DNA from: Eledone cirrhosa
Taxonomy: Eukaryota
DNA: 64,000 bases
Direction of reading: 5' to 3'
NCBI GenBank assembly: GCA_964016885.1
Contig: OZ024742.1
Span: 18,228,001 to 18,292,000 of the forward strand
Position 1 is the stretch's first letter. Every line of letters begins with the position of its first letter. Both the position numbers and the translations under genes were made by a program. The notes under the pieces are model-generated. The model saw nothing but the letters and a program-made list of their open reading frames with translations. It was not told the DNA's origin and made no database searches. Of this stretch, positions 39,690 through 52,932 are shown piece after piece.

Positions 39690-40000
39690 AGCAACTTTAC
39701 AGAATATACTAGGTGCATTTTATCTAGGAGCTTTTTGTTGCATCACCAACACTACTACCTTACAGGGTGGATTAGGAGCTTTTTATCATGGCACCAGCAC
39801 TACCATCTTACAGGGTGTACTGGGAGCTTTTTATCATGGCACCAGTACTACCTCCTTATAAAGGAGATTGGGTGTTTTTGTCATAGTGCCAGCTCTACCA
39901 CCTTTAAAGGTAGATCGGGAGCTTTTGGTTGTCACCAGCACTACCACATTACAAGGTAGACTGGGTGTTTTTGTCATAGTACCAGCTCTACCACCTAAGC
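39690..40000. repeat. Degenerate ~42-bp tandem subrepeats related to the RTE/SINE 3' UTR; similar at 38490-38675 and 46606-46760
   Basis: Repeated ttacagggtg(g/t)actgggagctttttatcatggcaccagcactaccac. Confidence 0.75.
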
Positions 40001-40593
40001 AATAATTAACATAGCATATTTAAATTTACATCTCATTTCAGGTAAACTTTTCTCACAATATTATTATATCGGTAGAGGGTCGGACGCCATGCTTTGACAC
40101 AGAGTTACGGCCTTTGCCATTCTGAGTTCAAATCCAGCCGAGGTTAACTTTGCCTTTCATCCTTATGGGGTCGATAAAATAAAGTACCAGTAATGCACTG
40201 GGTAATTGCTGGTCATGTGCCAAAAGTAGAAACAATTATTATGCTACATAATTATGTGGCATAGAGTTACATCCTTTTATATTCTGAGTTCAAATCCTGC
40301 CGGGGTTAGCTTTGCCTTTCATCCTTACGGGGTTGATAAAACAAAGTACCAGTAACACACTGAGGTTGGTTTAATTGACTTTCCCGTTGCCCAAAATTGT
40401 TGGCCTTGTGTCTGAACCAGAAAGCACTATTGTGCTACATAATAACTGTTTATGGGTAGCGCAGCCAGATGGCAGGAACAGGTAAAAGAATAAAAGAGCC
40501 TGAAAGGTTGTACCTCAGACGATATCTCTCACTGACCAATGAGACTAATGTTTAGTTTGAACATATATAGGTCAATGTTTTTAGGAAATATAT

Positions 40594-40954
40594 GAAGGAG
40601 CATGGCTTAGTGGTTAGAGCATTGGGCTTGCAATCGAAAGGTTGTGAGTTCTCGGACCGGGTGATGTGTTGTTTCCTTGAACAAGACACTATTTCACATT
40701 GCTCCAGTTTACTCAACTGTAGAAATGAAATGATAGGGACTGGGGTCCCTATCATTCCACTGCATAGTAGTCGTGGAGGTGCCACGGCAAAAAAGCACCC
40801 AGCACTCACTGTAAATGAGGTTGGTGTTAGGAAGGGCATCCAGCTGTAGAAATCAAGCCAGAATCAGTTCCGACCGGACACTGCCCACAACAGGACAACC
40901 CATCTAACCCATGTTAGCATGGAAGAACGGACGTAAAACGGTGATGATGATGAT
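40594..40954 (+). mobile_element. tRNA-derived SINE ending in the 3' tail of the first RTE subfamily
   Basis: tggcttagtggttagagc head, same body as 61037, tail gaccggacactgcccacaacaggacaacccatctaaccc..(GAT)n. Confidence 0.88.
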
Positions 40955-41959
40955 AGGTGAGGAGAGATTTCCAGAGGGTTTTATTCTGGGGATGAAGGAC
41001 TGGTGAAACTTTTCATACAGAATCTGGGAGTTGAGACATTAACCCTTTAGCATTTAAACTGGCCATATCCGGCCAGAATTCTTTCACCTCTTTTTGCTCA
41101 ATCTGGCCATAACTGGCCACTCATACTGATGTTAAGGTATTGTTCTCAAAATAAATAATATCAAAATCTCATATATTCAACAATATGTGAGATATTTATG
41201 TGAGGTAAAGCCTTTACCATGAAAATACAATAGTATATATAGAGTAATGTAAATGCTAAAGGGTTAACGGTGATGGGAGGGGAAAAAGGGAAAGAGCTGA
41301 AAGGATGTAATATGTAGGTAGTCAATTCCATGAAGCAGGTCATTGTAGTAATTATAGAAGAGGCAAAAAGAAGAAGCAGAACATCAGTTAACTAGGGGTC
41401 ATACTGTGTTGGTGATTGAGCTTTGCACAATCAGATGAATGCCCATTTTTTGGAAATGGTCAACGATATTTGCATATGTAGCAGTAGCACCCTAGTATTT
41501 AACCCAATTTTATATAAATAGTGCTGGTGCTGTGATAAGGAGCACCCAGTCCATCCTGTCTAGAGAGGTCTTCAGCATTTGCATTTAACATTAGTGGGCT
41601 CCCCAATTAAACGTTTTGTAGCAGGTTCGTTGTCTCACATGAAATAACCTACAAGTTGAAGTCACTTGATACAGATGGTATGGCTAATAAGCAAGAGGTT
41701 GCTGTAGAGAATTTTGTTTGTAACAATGGTCAAGAGGTTTGATTTTTTTATCCTTCTTAGCCTTCTGGTGTAGCAACCATCTAAAGCTTTGGTAATAGGT
41801 ATTGTCATTGACCATGATTTACAGGGATACAGTAGAATTGGTTCCACTGTAGCTTTGAATAATATAACTTGTTTTGGTGGTTATGTTAGATTTCAAAAAA
41901 AACAAAAAAAAGATATAATATCAACTGTGATGATAGCGAATATTTATATACTTATATAT

Positions 41960-42217
41960 TTGAGATGGTAGGGACATGTGATACGCATGGAGCATGACCG
42001 CTGGGTAAAGAAGTGCCAAGAAATCACAGTAGAAGGAAGACGTAGTAGAGGAAGACCACAAAAGACATGGGTGGAGGTGGTGAGAGCAGACCTCAGATTG
42101 TTGAATCTCACGGAGGAGATGACAAGGGACCGTGACGAATGGAGAGATACCGTGCTTAATAAGACCCGTCCCACCCTTGCAAGCAGGGAAAAGCGGGCGG
42201 GAAATGATGATGATGAC
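41960..42217 (+). mobile_element. RTE 3' fragment (second subfamily)
   Basis: [30 protein letters not shown]. Confidence 0.88.
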
Positions 42218-42876
42218 TTATGTGAGTGTATGTGTGTTTATGTTTATATCATTCATCATCATTCAGCCCCATCGTTCTCTGTGGGGCATAGGCCATTGGT
42301 CCTGGGTTGCTCTCGCCACTCTACTCCAGTTGGCTTCCAGCTTTCTTAATTATTTATATACTCAAACATATAAATATACAGTACAGTTCCCATGGCTTTC
42401 AGAAAAATTTGTTCACGCCCGGAGTTGCTTAAACATGGAACAAGCTACCTGCATCAGTTGTTAGCTGTCGGGACACTGCACCCTTCAAAACTTCCATGCT
42501 TTCCGAAATTCTCCAACACTACACCTGAGATTCCCCCTGCATACACACTTACGCATATGTGTATATCATGACTTATACACTGTTCACTTTCCTGACATTT
42601 ATGCAGTATTCTATGTACTATACATGCACCTTTGATGAGTTGTAGTGCACCTGAGCACTGTACACAATAATTTTATTATTATTATATTATTATACTTATA
42701 TTCACCAAGATACTATCTTGGTTATCTATGGTTGTGGTAAATAGTTTATCCACAAAAAAGTTTGTAATAAAAGAATTATTAAACTAAAAACTTGGCTTTG
42801 ATAGCACAGGGGCCAGCTAGTTAATAATAAACTTGAAAACAGGAAACAGGATATGAATTAAAAGAATAAAAAACTT

Positions 42877-42976
42877 TTATTTAGACCATAATCTCTTCTT
42901 AACAATATATAAGACAGTAGCAAAGATTATTTAGACCATAATCTCTTCTTAACAATATATAAGACAGTAGCAAAGA
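42877..42976. repeat. Perfect 50-bp tandem duplication covering the BNIP1 stop codon
   Basis: ttatttagaccataatctcttcttaacaatatataagacagtagcaaaga at 42877-42926 and 42927-42976. Confidence 0.95.
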
Positions 42977-43120
42977 AGAAGACTAGAGCAAGGATTATTA
43001 GAAGACGATCAGTAAATTCTCTTCTGTTATATTTCGAAAGAAGTTTCTTTGAAGTGTGAATATGGCCAGACATTCCTTTAAATTCTTCGTGAGTTTCATC
43101 CACAGCCTTGGAAGAAGAAG
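42927..43120 (-). CDS. BNIP1: BNIP1 exon 7 (SNARE end + tail anchor)
   Basis: tag|CT TCT.. to TAA. Confidence 0.95.
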
Positions 43121-46100
43121 CTAAATAATATAGAGAATTACAGAATATTTCAACTAGAACAGTAAAATACATGAAATAAATGTGTTATAAATATAGTTTT
43201 ATATTGTTACATAGGAATGAAATATTTAACATTTGAAGAAATATTGTATTGATAAAAAACGATGAGTGTTGGTGACATGATATTTGCATCCAGTACACTC
43301 TGAAAATTAGCTGGTAATAGGAAAGGCATTCAGACAGAAAACTTGCCAAACAAAGGAGTGGGAGGACTATTCAGCTCTAGAGTTGGTGACATGATAAATG
43401 CACCCAGTACACTCTGTAAAGTAATAGGTGAAAGGAAGGGCATTCAGCTATAAAACAATTGCCAAAGAAAAGGACAGGAAAACTCTTCAGTTATATCAAG
43501 AGCATGACCTTCAGTATTGGTGACATGATAAAATGTACCCGATGCAATTATAAATGAGATGCAGGTCCTCTTGGGCCAACTGAGATATGAGTAACTCTGA
43601 TTAAGTCTAGACATGGTCTGTGATGATTTTTCCAACCCAGTGGTCCTTGTTACTGTTGCTAGAAACTTGGTAGATACCACAAGATTATTAACTCTCTTGC
43701 CAACAACAACCTTGGGCACCTTTTTGAATTCCATATGTTTAACACCCATGGACATGCTTACAAAATCAGAAAACTGTGCAGCTCCCATGACTTTCAGAAA
43801 CATTTTTACATGCTCAGAGTTGCTGAAGAATAGAAGAAACTACTTGCATCAGTGGTGTGTGTGTCTGTGTATATATTATGCTTCATACACTGTTCATTTC
43901 CTGACATTTGTACATTATTTTATGTACTATACATGCACATTTGATGAGTTGTAGTGCACCTGAGCATTGTACACAATAATTTTCATTATTATTATTATTA
44001 TAATTTAGAAGGTCGAAATAGTAAAACTTGATAGTCTCTTACCCAGTGTGTTGATAGTATGTTCACTTTGTTTCACTTGAGTGGCCATCATACGGTTAAG
44101 ACTCATTAAATTATCAGTTATAGAATTTGCTGCTTGAGACAAGGCTTGTCTGTTGCTTACCTTCCTGTCAATACAAAATAGAAATTGAAGATCTCGTTTA
44201 CTTATTCTAGTTATAGCAATCATCACACACACACACACACACACATCTAAAGTCTGTCTCGAGCCCTGAGGCTCATCAGACGGGTGCTTATCCTGGTTTC
44301 CATGGCATGAAATGACTGAGAGTACAAGACTCCCCCCTCCTGGACAGGACACCAGTCCATCACAGGGTTAAACCTCCAGCTATTGCTGGTACTTATTTCA
44401 GATGAAATATACTGGAGCAACGCGAAATAAAAGGTTTTGCTCAAGAACACAACACGCAAACCAGGAATCAAACCCACAACATTATGATCGTAAGTCCAAC
44501 ACCCTTACCACTAGGCCACACCACACCTCCACAACAGACAACCCAGGAATCAAACCCACAACATTATGATCGTAAGTCCAACACCCACACCACACCTCCA
44601 CAACAGCCAACCCAGGAATCAAAGCCACGATATTATGATCGTAAGTCCAACACCCTTACCACTAGGCCACACCACACCTCCACAACAGCCAACCCAGGAA
44701 TCAAACCCACGATATTATGATCGTAAGTCCAACACCCTTACCACTAGGTCACACCACACCTCCACAACAGCCAACCCAGGAATCAAACCCACGATATTAT
44801 GATCGTAAGTCCAACACCCTTACCACTAGGCCACACCACACCTCCACAACAGCCAACCCAGGAATCAAACCCACGATATTATGATCGTAAGTCCAACACC
44901 CTTACCACTAGGCCACACCACACCTCCACAACAGCCAACCCAGGAATCAAACCCACGATATTATGATCGTAAGTCCAACACCCTTACCACTAGGCCACAC
45001 CACACCTCCACAACACACAACCCAGGAATCAAACCCACGATATTATGATCGTAAGTCCAACACCCTTACCACTAGGCCACACCACACCTCCACAACACAC
45101 AAACAGGGAATCAAACCCACGATATTATGATCGTAAGTCCAACACCCTTACCACTAGGCCCCACCACACCTCCACAACACACAACCAGGGAATCAAACCC
45201 ACGATATTATGATCGTAAGTCCAACACCCTTACTACTAGGCCCCACCACACCTCCACAACACACAACCCAGGAATCAAACCCACGACATTATGATCGTAA
45301 GTCCAACACCCTTACCACTAGGCCCCACCACACCTCCACAACACACAACCCAGGAATCAAACCCACGACATTATGATCGTAAGTCCAACACCCTTACCAC
45401 TAGGCCACACCACACCTCCACAACACACAACCCAGGAATCAAACCCACGATATTATGATCGTAAGTCCAACACCCTTACCACTAGGCCACACCACACCTC
45501 CACAACACACAACCCAGGAATCAAACCCACGACATTATGATCGTAAGTCCAACACCCTTACCACTAGGCCACACGACACCTCCACAACACAACCTAACCC
45601 AGGAATCAAACCCATGATATTATGATCGTAAGTCCAACACCCTTACCACTAGACCACACCACACAACCCAAGAAACAAACCCACGACATTATAATCATAA
45701 GTCCAACACCCTTACCACTAGGTGTCACTTACCTTTGTTTCACAGATGATTCAACTGAAAAAAATTCTTCTCTTAAGCGCCGATCTAAACTCATCTGGGC
45801 TGTCAACTTAGCCTTCCGTAATGAGTTGACACTACTGTAATAGTCAAAAGAGATTATCATGTATAAACAAGTTAAAGGATTATTATTAATAAACTGAAAT
45901 ACTATTGTTTTTTTAAATAAAATATATGTAATCAAAGTGGTTGCTTAAGAAGTATTGGGAAAATCTAAAATCTGAAATGTGGCATCCCAATGCAAATAAC
46001 TATAATAATAGTGGATCACTATAAATAATTGTTTCTACTTTTGGCACAAGGTTAACAATTTTGGGGGAGGGGAAAGTTGATTAAATTGACCCGTGTGTGT

Positions 46101-49100
46101 TACTGGTACTTTATGTTATTGACCTCATAAGAATGAAAAGCAAAGTTAACTGTGACAGGACTCAGAATGCAAAGGGACGTAACTCTATACTGCAAAGCAT
46201 GGTGTCCGACGCTCTAACAATTACTGCCACTACCCTTTGGTTCACTATAAATAACTGTTGAGAAAATCAGATAAGGTATTCCTGGAGCCAGCAAAAATTG
46301 GATAGAATCACTTTTGAGGAATTGGACGCTGGATGTTCACATCTTTCCATCTCTAGGGGTACATTGCTAAATTATCTTAACTATTATTTATAACGATTGA
46401 CTATTATTATGGTCTTTTATGTTAAGATACTCACTTTATATATATAAATATCATCATCATTGTTTAACGTCTATCTTCCATGCTAGCATGGGTTAGACAG
46501 ATTTGTCCCACTTGAGGCAAGTTTGGTCGGGTGACCGTGTCTCGCTCATATAGAACTGTTTCTGGCTGGTTTTCTATGGCTGGATGCCCTTCCTAGCACT
46601 AACCACATTTACAGTGTGGACTGGGTGTTTTTTGTCGTGACACCTACACGACCACTTTACAGTGTGGACTGGGTGTTTTTTTGTCGTGACACCTACACGA
46701 CCACTTTACAATGTGGACTGGGTGTTTTTTGTCGTGGCACCTACACGACCACTTTTGTATGGGCTGGATGTTCTGTGGTACCAACACAACTTTACAGAGA
46801 AAGGGTGGTGTGGGAGGATGATATATATATATATAATGGGGTAGATGTACTCTCCATATGATGTAGTGAAGGCAACCTGTTTAGGAGGGTAGAAATTCCA
46901 AATAAAAGCTGATATAGGATGGAAAGGACTCTCAAGTCCAGTAAGACAACTTCTCTAGTGTTAGTGGTTTGAACAATGCATACAGTCCACGTTGTAAAGC
47001 TGTTGGTGATAGGAAGGGCATCCAGCTAGAAAAAAAAACCTAGCCAAAATTATGGAAAGCATAAAAAAGAAAGCTGCAGTCGAGGTAGACCAAGGAAGAC
47101 CTGAGCAGAGGTGGTGAGTGCTGATCTACAACCATTGAGACGCACAGAGGAACGTGGTGAGTGGAGAGATGCTGTGCTGAAAAGGATCTGTCCAACCCAT
47201 GCAAGCGTGGAAAAATGGATGTAAAAATGATGATGATGATTATATATTTGTGCCGTCATCATCATCATCATTTTACATCCGCTTTTCCCTGCTTGCAAGG
47301 GTGGGACGGGAACTGATTCTGGCTTGATTTCTACAGCTGGATGCCCTTCCTAACACCAACCTCATTTACAGTGAGTGCTGGGTGCTTTTTTGCCGTGGCA
47401 CCTCCACGACCACTTTACAGTGGAATGATAGGGACCCCAGTCCCTATCATCTCATTTCTACAGCTGAGTAAACTGGAGCAATGTGAAATAAAGTGTCTTG
47501 CTCAAGATGTGTGCAAACTGTTGACAAAGAAAGTTGAAACAGCAATCACAACAACAGGAACAAAACAGGAGCAACAACACCACCATCAACAATATCATCA
47601 CCACCACTAACACCACTATCCCCTTCACCACTGCTGCCACCACCAATAACATCACTACCATCACCAACAACCCCACCATCAATAATGTCCCCCCCCACAC
47701 ACACCACCACTTCCACCAGCCCCCCCCCCCTCCAAGCAATGGAAGTCAGGTGAAAGTAGAATTAGAAATAGAACACAAATCCAACCTGAGTAAAGCTTGT
47801 TGATGATTTTGAACTTGTTTCATTATCATATTCTGGTTGTTCTCCCTCTCTTGTTCCTGGGCCAGCTGTTCTAAGTCCTGTGGGGTAAGAATAAACCAAT
47901 AAATATTCTTCATTCGATCAATATATGTATTCGAGAAACATTGGAGAAATTTGAAATGTGTGCATCCCAACGTAAATGGCCATTATAATAGTTGAGAAAC
48001 TAGGGTAAAGAACTCGTCTAAAGTCCATCTCCAGCCTAAAGGCTCATCTGTCTGGTACTTATCCTAGTTTTCATGGTGTGACAGAGTACAAGATCTGTAT
48101 CAAACCATGAAACAAGAGTGACAACTTCATTTGGTATAGCAAGTAATGTTTTAGCTTGGAGCACCTGCCAGGTCCCCAAACCTACATAAAGTGTAATATT
48201 GAGGATTAACGTCATAAATATATGACATAGCTTTAACCTTTTAGCATTTAAACCGGCCATATCCGGCCAGAATTCTCTCACTTCTTTCTGTTCAAACTGG
48301 TCATAACTGGCCACTCATACTGATGTTAAGGTATTGTTCTCAAAATAAATAACATCAAAATCTCATAGATTCGTTATTATGTGAGATAATTATGTGAAAT
48401 AAAGCATTTACCATGAAAATACAGTAGTATGTATAGAGTAATGTAAATGCTAAAGTGTTAATAAACACAAGGAAGATGTTTATTGTCACATTTTGTTAAA
48501 ATATTACTAACAAAAATCAGTGACTAAGATTTTGAAAATACTCAAGAATATGGAAGGATTTAATATTATAATTCACTTCTTTAGTATTAAGTTGGTGTTT
48601 AGAACATAACAAAGGTTCTTATATAAAATTATGATGGAAGGTTCTTAGATAAATAAACACTTTAAAACAGTTTTATGTATATGTAGCCAATCTCTCGGAC
48701 TCTTAAAGCTCTGAGAAGATAAAGTTAATATAAAGAATGATGAGCCATAAAATAGGATGAAGACCCTTAAAAGAGGAATTGAACCCCCATATCTTCCAGA
48801 TACTTCCAGATCTGTGACAGATGGTATCTTCTTTTTCCTTCTTTTAAGGTTCTTCATCCTATTTTATGCATCTCCACACCTGAGCACAACATTCTTTATA
48901 TAGACAGTAGTGTATTGTAAATACAGTAAATAGGACATAAGACAATAATTTAAGTAGACTTACTTTGATTTTAATTCTAAGCTTGGCCAGTTTTTCATTT
49001 GCCAGCAAATTCAGTTCCTCCAGAGAAGGTAAAACAGGGGTTTTGGAGTTCTGTTTAAGATAGGAATTGAAAATAGATTTTTAACATTATTCTTTGATAA

Positions 49101-50713
49101 TAACAAAAAATATCAGAACAACTTTCCATTTCCTTGTTTTAACATCATCATTATCCATATCTCCATCAATTAATGTTGTTTACCTTGGTTTATACAAATA
49201 TTAGAAATAGTTTGTACAAGAAAACTTACATGTCTTGAATTATATTGATATAAATAAATATCTTTATCTTTGTTAGCAGTATCAAGTGAGAAGTGAAGAG
49301 ACAAACACACACATATAAGACTTTCAGAAACATTTTTTCATGCTAAGAGTTGCTGTAACATGGAACAAACTACCTGCATCAGTTATTAACTGTTGTGACT
49401 CTACATTCTTTAAAACTTCAATTCACCAACACTACACCTGATATTCCCCTTCCAGATACACGCATGCATGTGTGTCTGTGTATATATCATGACTTACACA
49501 CTGTTCACTTTCCTGACATTTGTACATTATTCTATGTACTATACAAGCACCTTTGATGAGTTGTAGTTCACCTGAACATTGTATACAATAATTTTCATCA
49601 TATTATGATCAGCTTCCACACAAATTTTGTCAGTCAAATTTCACTGGCATGGCATTAGTCAGCCTGAGGCTATGGTAGAAAGAAGAGTGGAGTTGAACTC
49701 AAAACCACATAGTTGAGAAGCAATGTTGTTAACATATGGTCATGCTAAACTTTAAATTAATTTTGGCAAACATTATCTAGATCTCAGTGTGGGTACCATG
49801 ACATAAAGTACCCAGTCCACCCTGTACAGTGGTAGTGATTGTGCTGGTCCCACAACAAAAAGCACCTGGTCTATCCAGTAAAAGTGGTTGTACTAGTGCT
49901 GCGACAAAAAGCTCTCAAGACACTATAATATAGCTGATGATAGGGCATCAAACCATAGAAACCAAGCCAAAATTGAATTGTACAAGCAAGACATGGTCAC
50001 CTAATCTGTCTGGCCTCATAATGTGACAACTCATCTCGCCCATGCAAGCATGGAAAATAGACGTTAAATAGTGATGATGATGATGACATAATGAACAAAA
50101 GGAATATATAACTTAAAAGTTAAACAAATTGTTTAATTTAGAAGATAAATATGAAAGCTTACAGAGTCTCCATCACCCGTACTCTTTGTTAAGCCTATAT
50201 TCTCATAGTCTCGGATATCCTGCAAAACAAAATTCATAGAATTAGAAATTTCTCTAAACAATTCTTGTAGAGCTTTTTCTGAGATTATCAAGAATTTATG
50301 ACATTTTTATGGGCAAAACCAACCAGCAGGAGACACAGGTGTAGACTCTGAGCAACATGGTTGGATAACATCTCTGAGCTTGGCTGGTCTCACTTGGAGT
50401 TCAAGCCTTATCAATTGGAGAAGGTTGCTTCTGACAAGACCTGCTGGAAGGAGTGTTTGAGGACTCTGCCCCCATGGCCCTCTCAGGAATAATAATAATG
50501 TTTCTACTTTAGGCACAAGGCCAGCAATTTGAAGGGGAAAGTCGATAAAATCGACTCCAGTGCATTACTGGTTCTTTATTTATCGATCCTGTAAGGATGA
50601 AAGGCAAAGCTAACCTCGGTGGGGTTTGAACACAGAACATAAAGAACTGTAACTATATGCCGTGAAGCATGGTGTCTGATGCTCTACTGATATTGCCAAT
50701 CCATATATATATA

Positions 50714-50780
<67 letters not shown>

Positions 50781-51463
50781 GGGTGTCTCAAAAAATGTAT
50801 ACACACTTTGATTACAGGTACAGGCAATATTTAGTAGAATGCTGTTGAAGTGTGTATACATTTTTGGGGTCACCCTGTGAGTGTGTGTGTTCATTTATAT
50901 TTATACTCGGAATTTTTCCTAGAGTGCTTAAAATTATTTGTGACTAATCCCGGTCTTTTTTAAAAAAAAACCACGATAATATTGCTATTTTGCTGAACTC
51001 CTTACATTTTGTTGAGTTTTTTCGGAATGTTTTTGACTGCTGTTTCTTGTAAATAGACATCTCATTCTGATGTCACCAGTCATGTCTCTCCATGTGTGTT
51101 TATTTTTATAATTCCACACGAGGTGAACTAGCCTGCTTTTAAATTCCCTTTTTGGTATATTCTGACAGTGATTTAGGGTTATCGTGTTTGAACTCTACTG
51201 ATGAACGACTCCAACCGTGACCATCCCCACTGAAAAGTTTCGTGAAATAGTCTTTTTAAGACTATATAGAGCATTTGTAGTTTTTCCAAATTGAAGGATG
51301 AGTATTTAGGCTTTATTTATTCTGAGTTAAGACTCTATTGGTTTTTCCCTGGATTTCACAAAATCTGTGGATAAAATCTCTGTCTTGATTTTTTAAAAAT
51401 TATAGTCACTTATATATTATGAAATACTGTTGGCTTCTTGCTCACAATAATTTCTATATTTTC

Positions 51464-51505
<42 letters not shown>

Positions 51506-52932
51506 CTTCAGACAAGGTGCAACCCCTCAGCATGCAGCCACACGTTCAGGCTTAAGCTGTCAGTACTTATGAATAAAAATCACCCAAACTTGCCTCACAA
51601 TTAGACATTCACCGTTACAACGAGGAGAGATGTGAGAGGGCTGTCCCACTTAGTTTCTTCTTAGCATTCTACTATAAATTCATGGACACCGAGAGGGAAA
51701 CTCCAGCGTTCTTATTGTGGTATTTGATTGAGTGTGTGTCTTCACACACTTTTTTCTCTCTTGTTCATTATGTATTTTAATTTTCAGAAAATATCAAGGA
51801 CACCGATTCGTTATTCCAGCATCACTCGCCACAATGCTGCGACTGTGTTGGCTTGCCTAAAAAAAACATTAGAGAACAATTCCAACACCCCTTGGTGTAT
51901 ATTTTCATTATTCATAGTTGTATAAATTATTTATTATTCTTACAGAATGAAAATATAAACACAAATATAAACAAATATAATAAATACAATTAACCCTATC
52001 TATCTAGTGCGGGTAAAATTAACCCTAACCCTAACGCTATCTATCTATTTATCAATCCTACAATTTTGAAACGCTGAGCTTGAGCTTTATTTATGGTCAT
52101 AGCAAAACTGGCTCTAATAGGGAACTGAAGTCTTAAGAATTTGAACGGCAGCTCGGTAGAGGAAGAGATTAGAGGAATCTTGGGAATAAATGCATTTTCT
52201 CCTTGGTTGCCTCAAAGAATAGTAACTCTAGGAGATTATCATCTGCCCGACTGTTAAGCATGTGCCTTTGCATAGACGTATCACGAGTGGTAACACCTAG
52301 AAATCTTCATATACTATACACGAACGGTGAAACAAAGAATCTGGCGTATCTGAAATACTTTTTACCGTTATTTTTGTCACACACACATACAGCGGCCTCG
52401 CCTCGTACTGTAAACCAGACAACGCATCCAATACAGTCGTTTTCTCTTCTACCTGTCTTATCATCTGTTTACTCGGGCGAAGCTGGGTACATCAGCTAGT
52501 ATATTTATATTCAAAAGAAAATATAGTACAGTTGTAAACCACCGAATCCTAACATAGTTCTAACTGTAGAATAATTTCACCCCGTCTACCAGTATTTCAC
52601 TAGTGCCTTATTTTATCCAAACCCCCAAAATCAAAAGCAAAGTTGAACTAAAAACACAAAAAAGGCCGTAAATAAATAAAGCTGGTATTTTGGCCATCAC
52701 TCAATCAATCCACCGTCTGCTTCGATCTACTTTTGACACACGTCCACTTATGCCGCTTATGCCTCTAGAAAAAAATCATAACATTTCTCATTTCTCACTT
52801 CTAGATATACGTATATACTTCTACTGAGTTAAAACAATCCAATATTCATACCTGTATTAGTGCTTGAATTTCCAAGTCAAGTTTCACTACTTCTTGTAAA
52901 CATATTTTTACGTGGACATCTTCGGCTTCCAT
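42927..52932 (-). CDS. BNIP1: Vesicle transport protein SEC20/BNIP1, complete, 7 exons, 244 aa: 52932-52852, 50219-50163, 49050-48964, 47877-47786, 45834-45733, 44164-44043, 43120-42927
   Basis: MEAEDVHVKICLQEVVKLDLEIQALIQDIRD..DLEQLAQEQ..LRKAKL..ITDNLMSLNRMM..EEFKGMSGHIHTSKKLLSKYNRREFTDRLLIILALVFFFATVLYIVKKRL. All introns GT-AG, phases consistent, total 735 nt. Confidence 0.95.
44043..44164 (-). CDS. BNIP1: BNIP1 exon 6
   Basis: cag|G AAG..CTG G|gtaaga; KVSNRQALSQAANSITDNLMSLNRMMATQVKQSE. Confidence 0.93.
44248..44530 (-). mobile_element. tRNA-derived SINE whose head is tandemly amplified into the adjacent array
   Basis: Minus strand: tggcctagtggtaagg head, gtgttcttgagcaa, ccctgtgatggactggtgtcctgtccagg body, ends in (GT)n. 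Confidence 0.8.
44461..45722 (-). repeat. 82-bp minisatellite, ~16 units, each a tRNA-like SINE head
   Basis: ggaatcaaa at 44464, 44546, 44615, 44697, 44779 ... 45517, 45602, last degenerate at ~45671. Minus strand has A-box TGGCCTAGTGG and B-box-like GGTTTGATTCC. Confidence 0.95.
45733..45834 (-). CDS. BNIP1: BNIP1 exon 5
   Basis: cag|T AGT..AG|gtaagt; SVNSLRKAKLTAQMSLD. Confidence 0.93.
47256..47506 (-). mobile_element. 5'-truncated SINE, tail-to-tail with an RTE 3' fragment (47075-47240, +)
   Basis: Reverse complement of the 61125-61381 body and tail. Confidence 0.85.
47786..47877 (-). CDS. BNIP1: BNIP1 exon 4
   Basis: cag|GAC..AG|gttgga; DLEQLAQEQERE. Confidence 0.93.
48747..48868. repeat. 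Hairpin (~32-bp arms) in a BNIP1 intron
   Basis: cataaaataggatgaagacccttaaaagaggaa / ttccttcttttaaggttcttcatcctattttatg. Confidence 0.8.
48964..49050 (-). CDS. BNIP1: BNIP1 exon 3
   Basis: cag|AAC..AAA|gtaagt; NSKTPVLPSLEELNLLANEKLAKLRIKIK. Confidence 0.88.
50163..50219 (-). CDS. BNIP1: BNIP1 exon 2
   Basis: cag|GAT..TCT|gtaagc; DIRDYENIGLTKSTGDGDS. Confidence 0.88.
50779..50877. mobile_element. ~99-bp Tc1/mariner-like MITE
   Basis: TIRs CAGGGTGtctcaaaaaatgtatacacactt / aagtgtgtatacatttttggggtCACCCTG. Confidence 0.7.
52852..52932 (-). CDS. BNIP1: BNIP1 exon 1
   Basis: aaaATG GAA..CAG|gtatga; MEAEDVHVKICLQEVVKLDLEIQALIQ. Confidence 0.95.

Noticed and set aside
44461-45722. CRISPR-like array or true tRNA gene cluster
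   Set aside because: Units are contiguous with no unique spacers and no cas genes. They lack a clean acceptor stem and are continuous with a SINE body.
47534-47803. Gln/Thr/His-rich ORF (also 18736-19041)
   Set aside because: It derives from (CAC/CAA/CAT)n simple repeats in introns.
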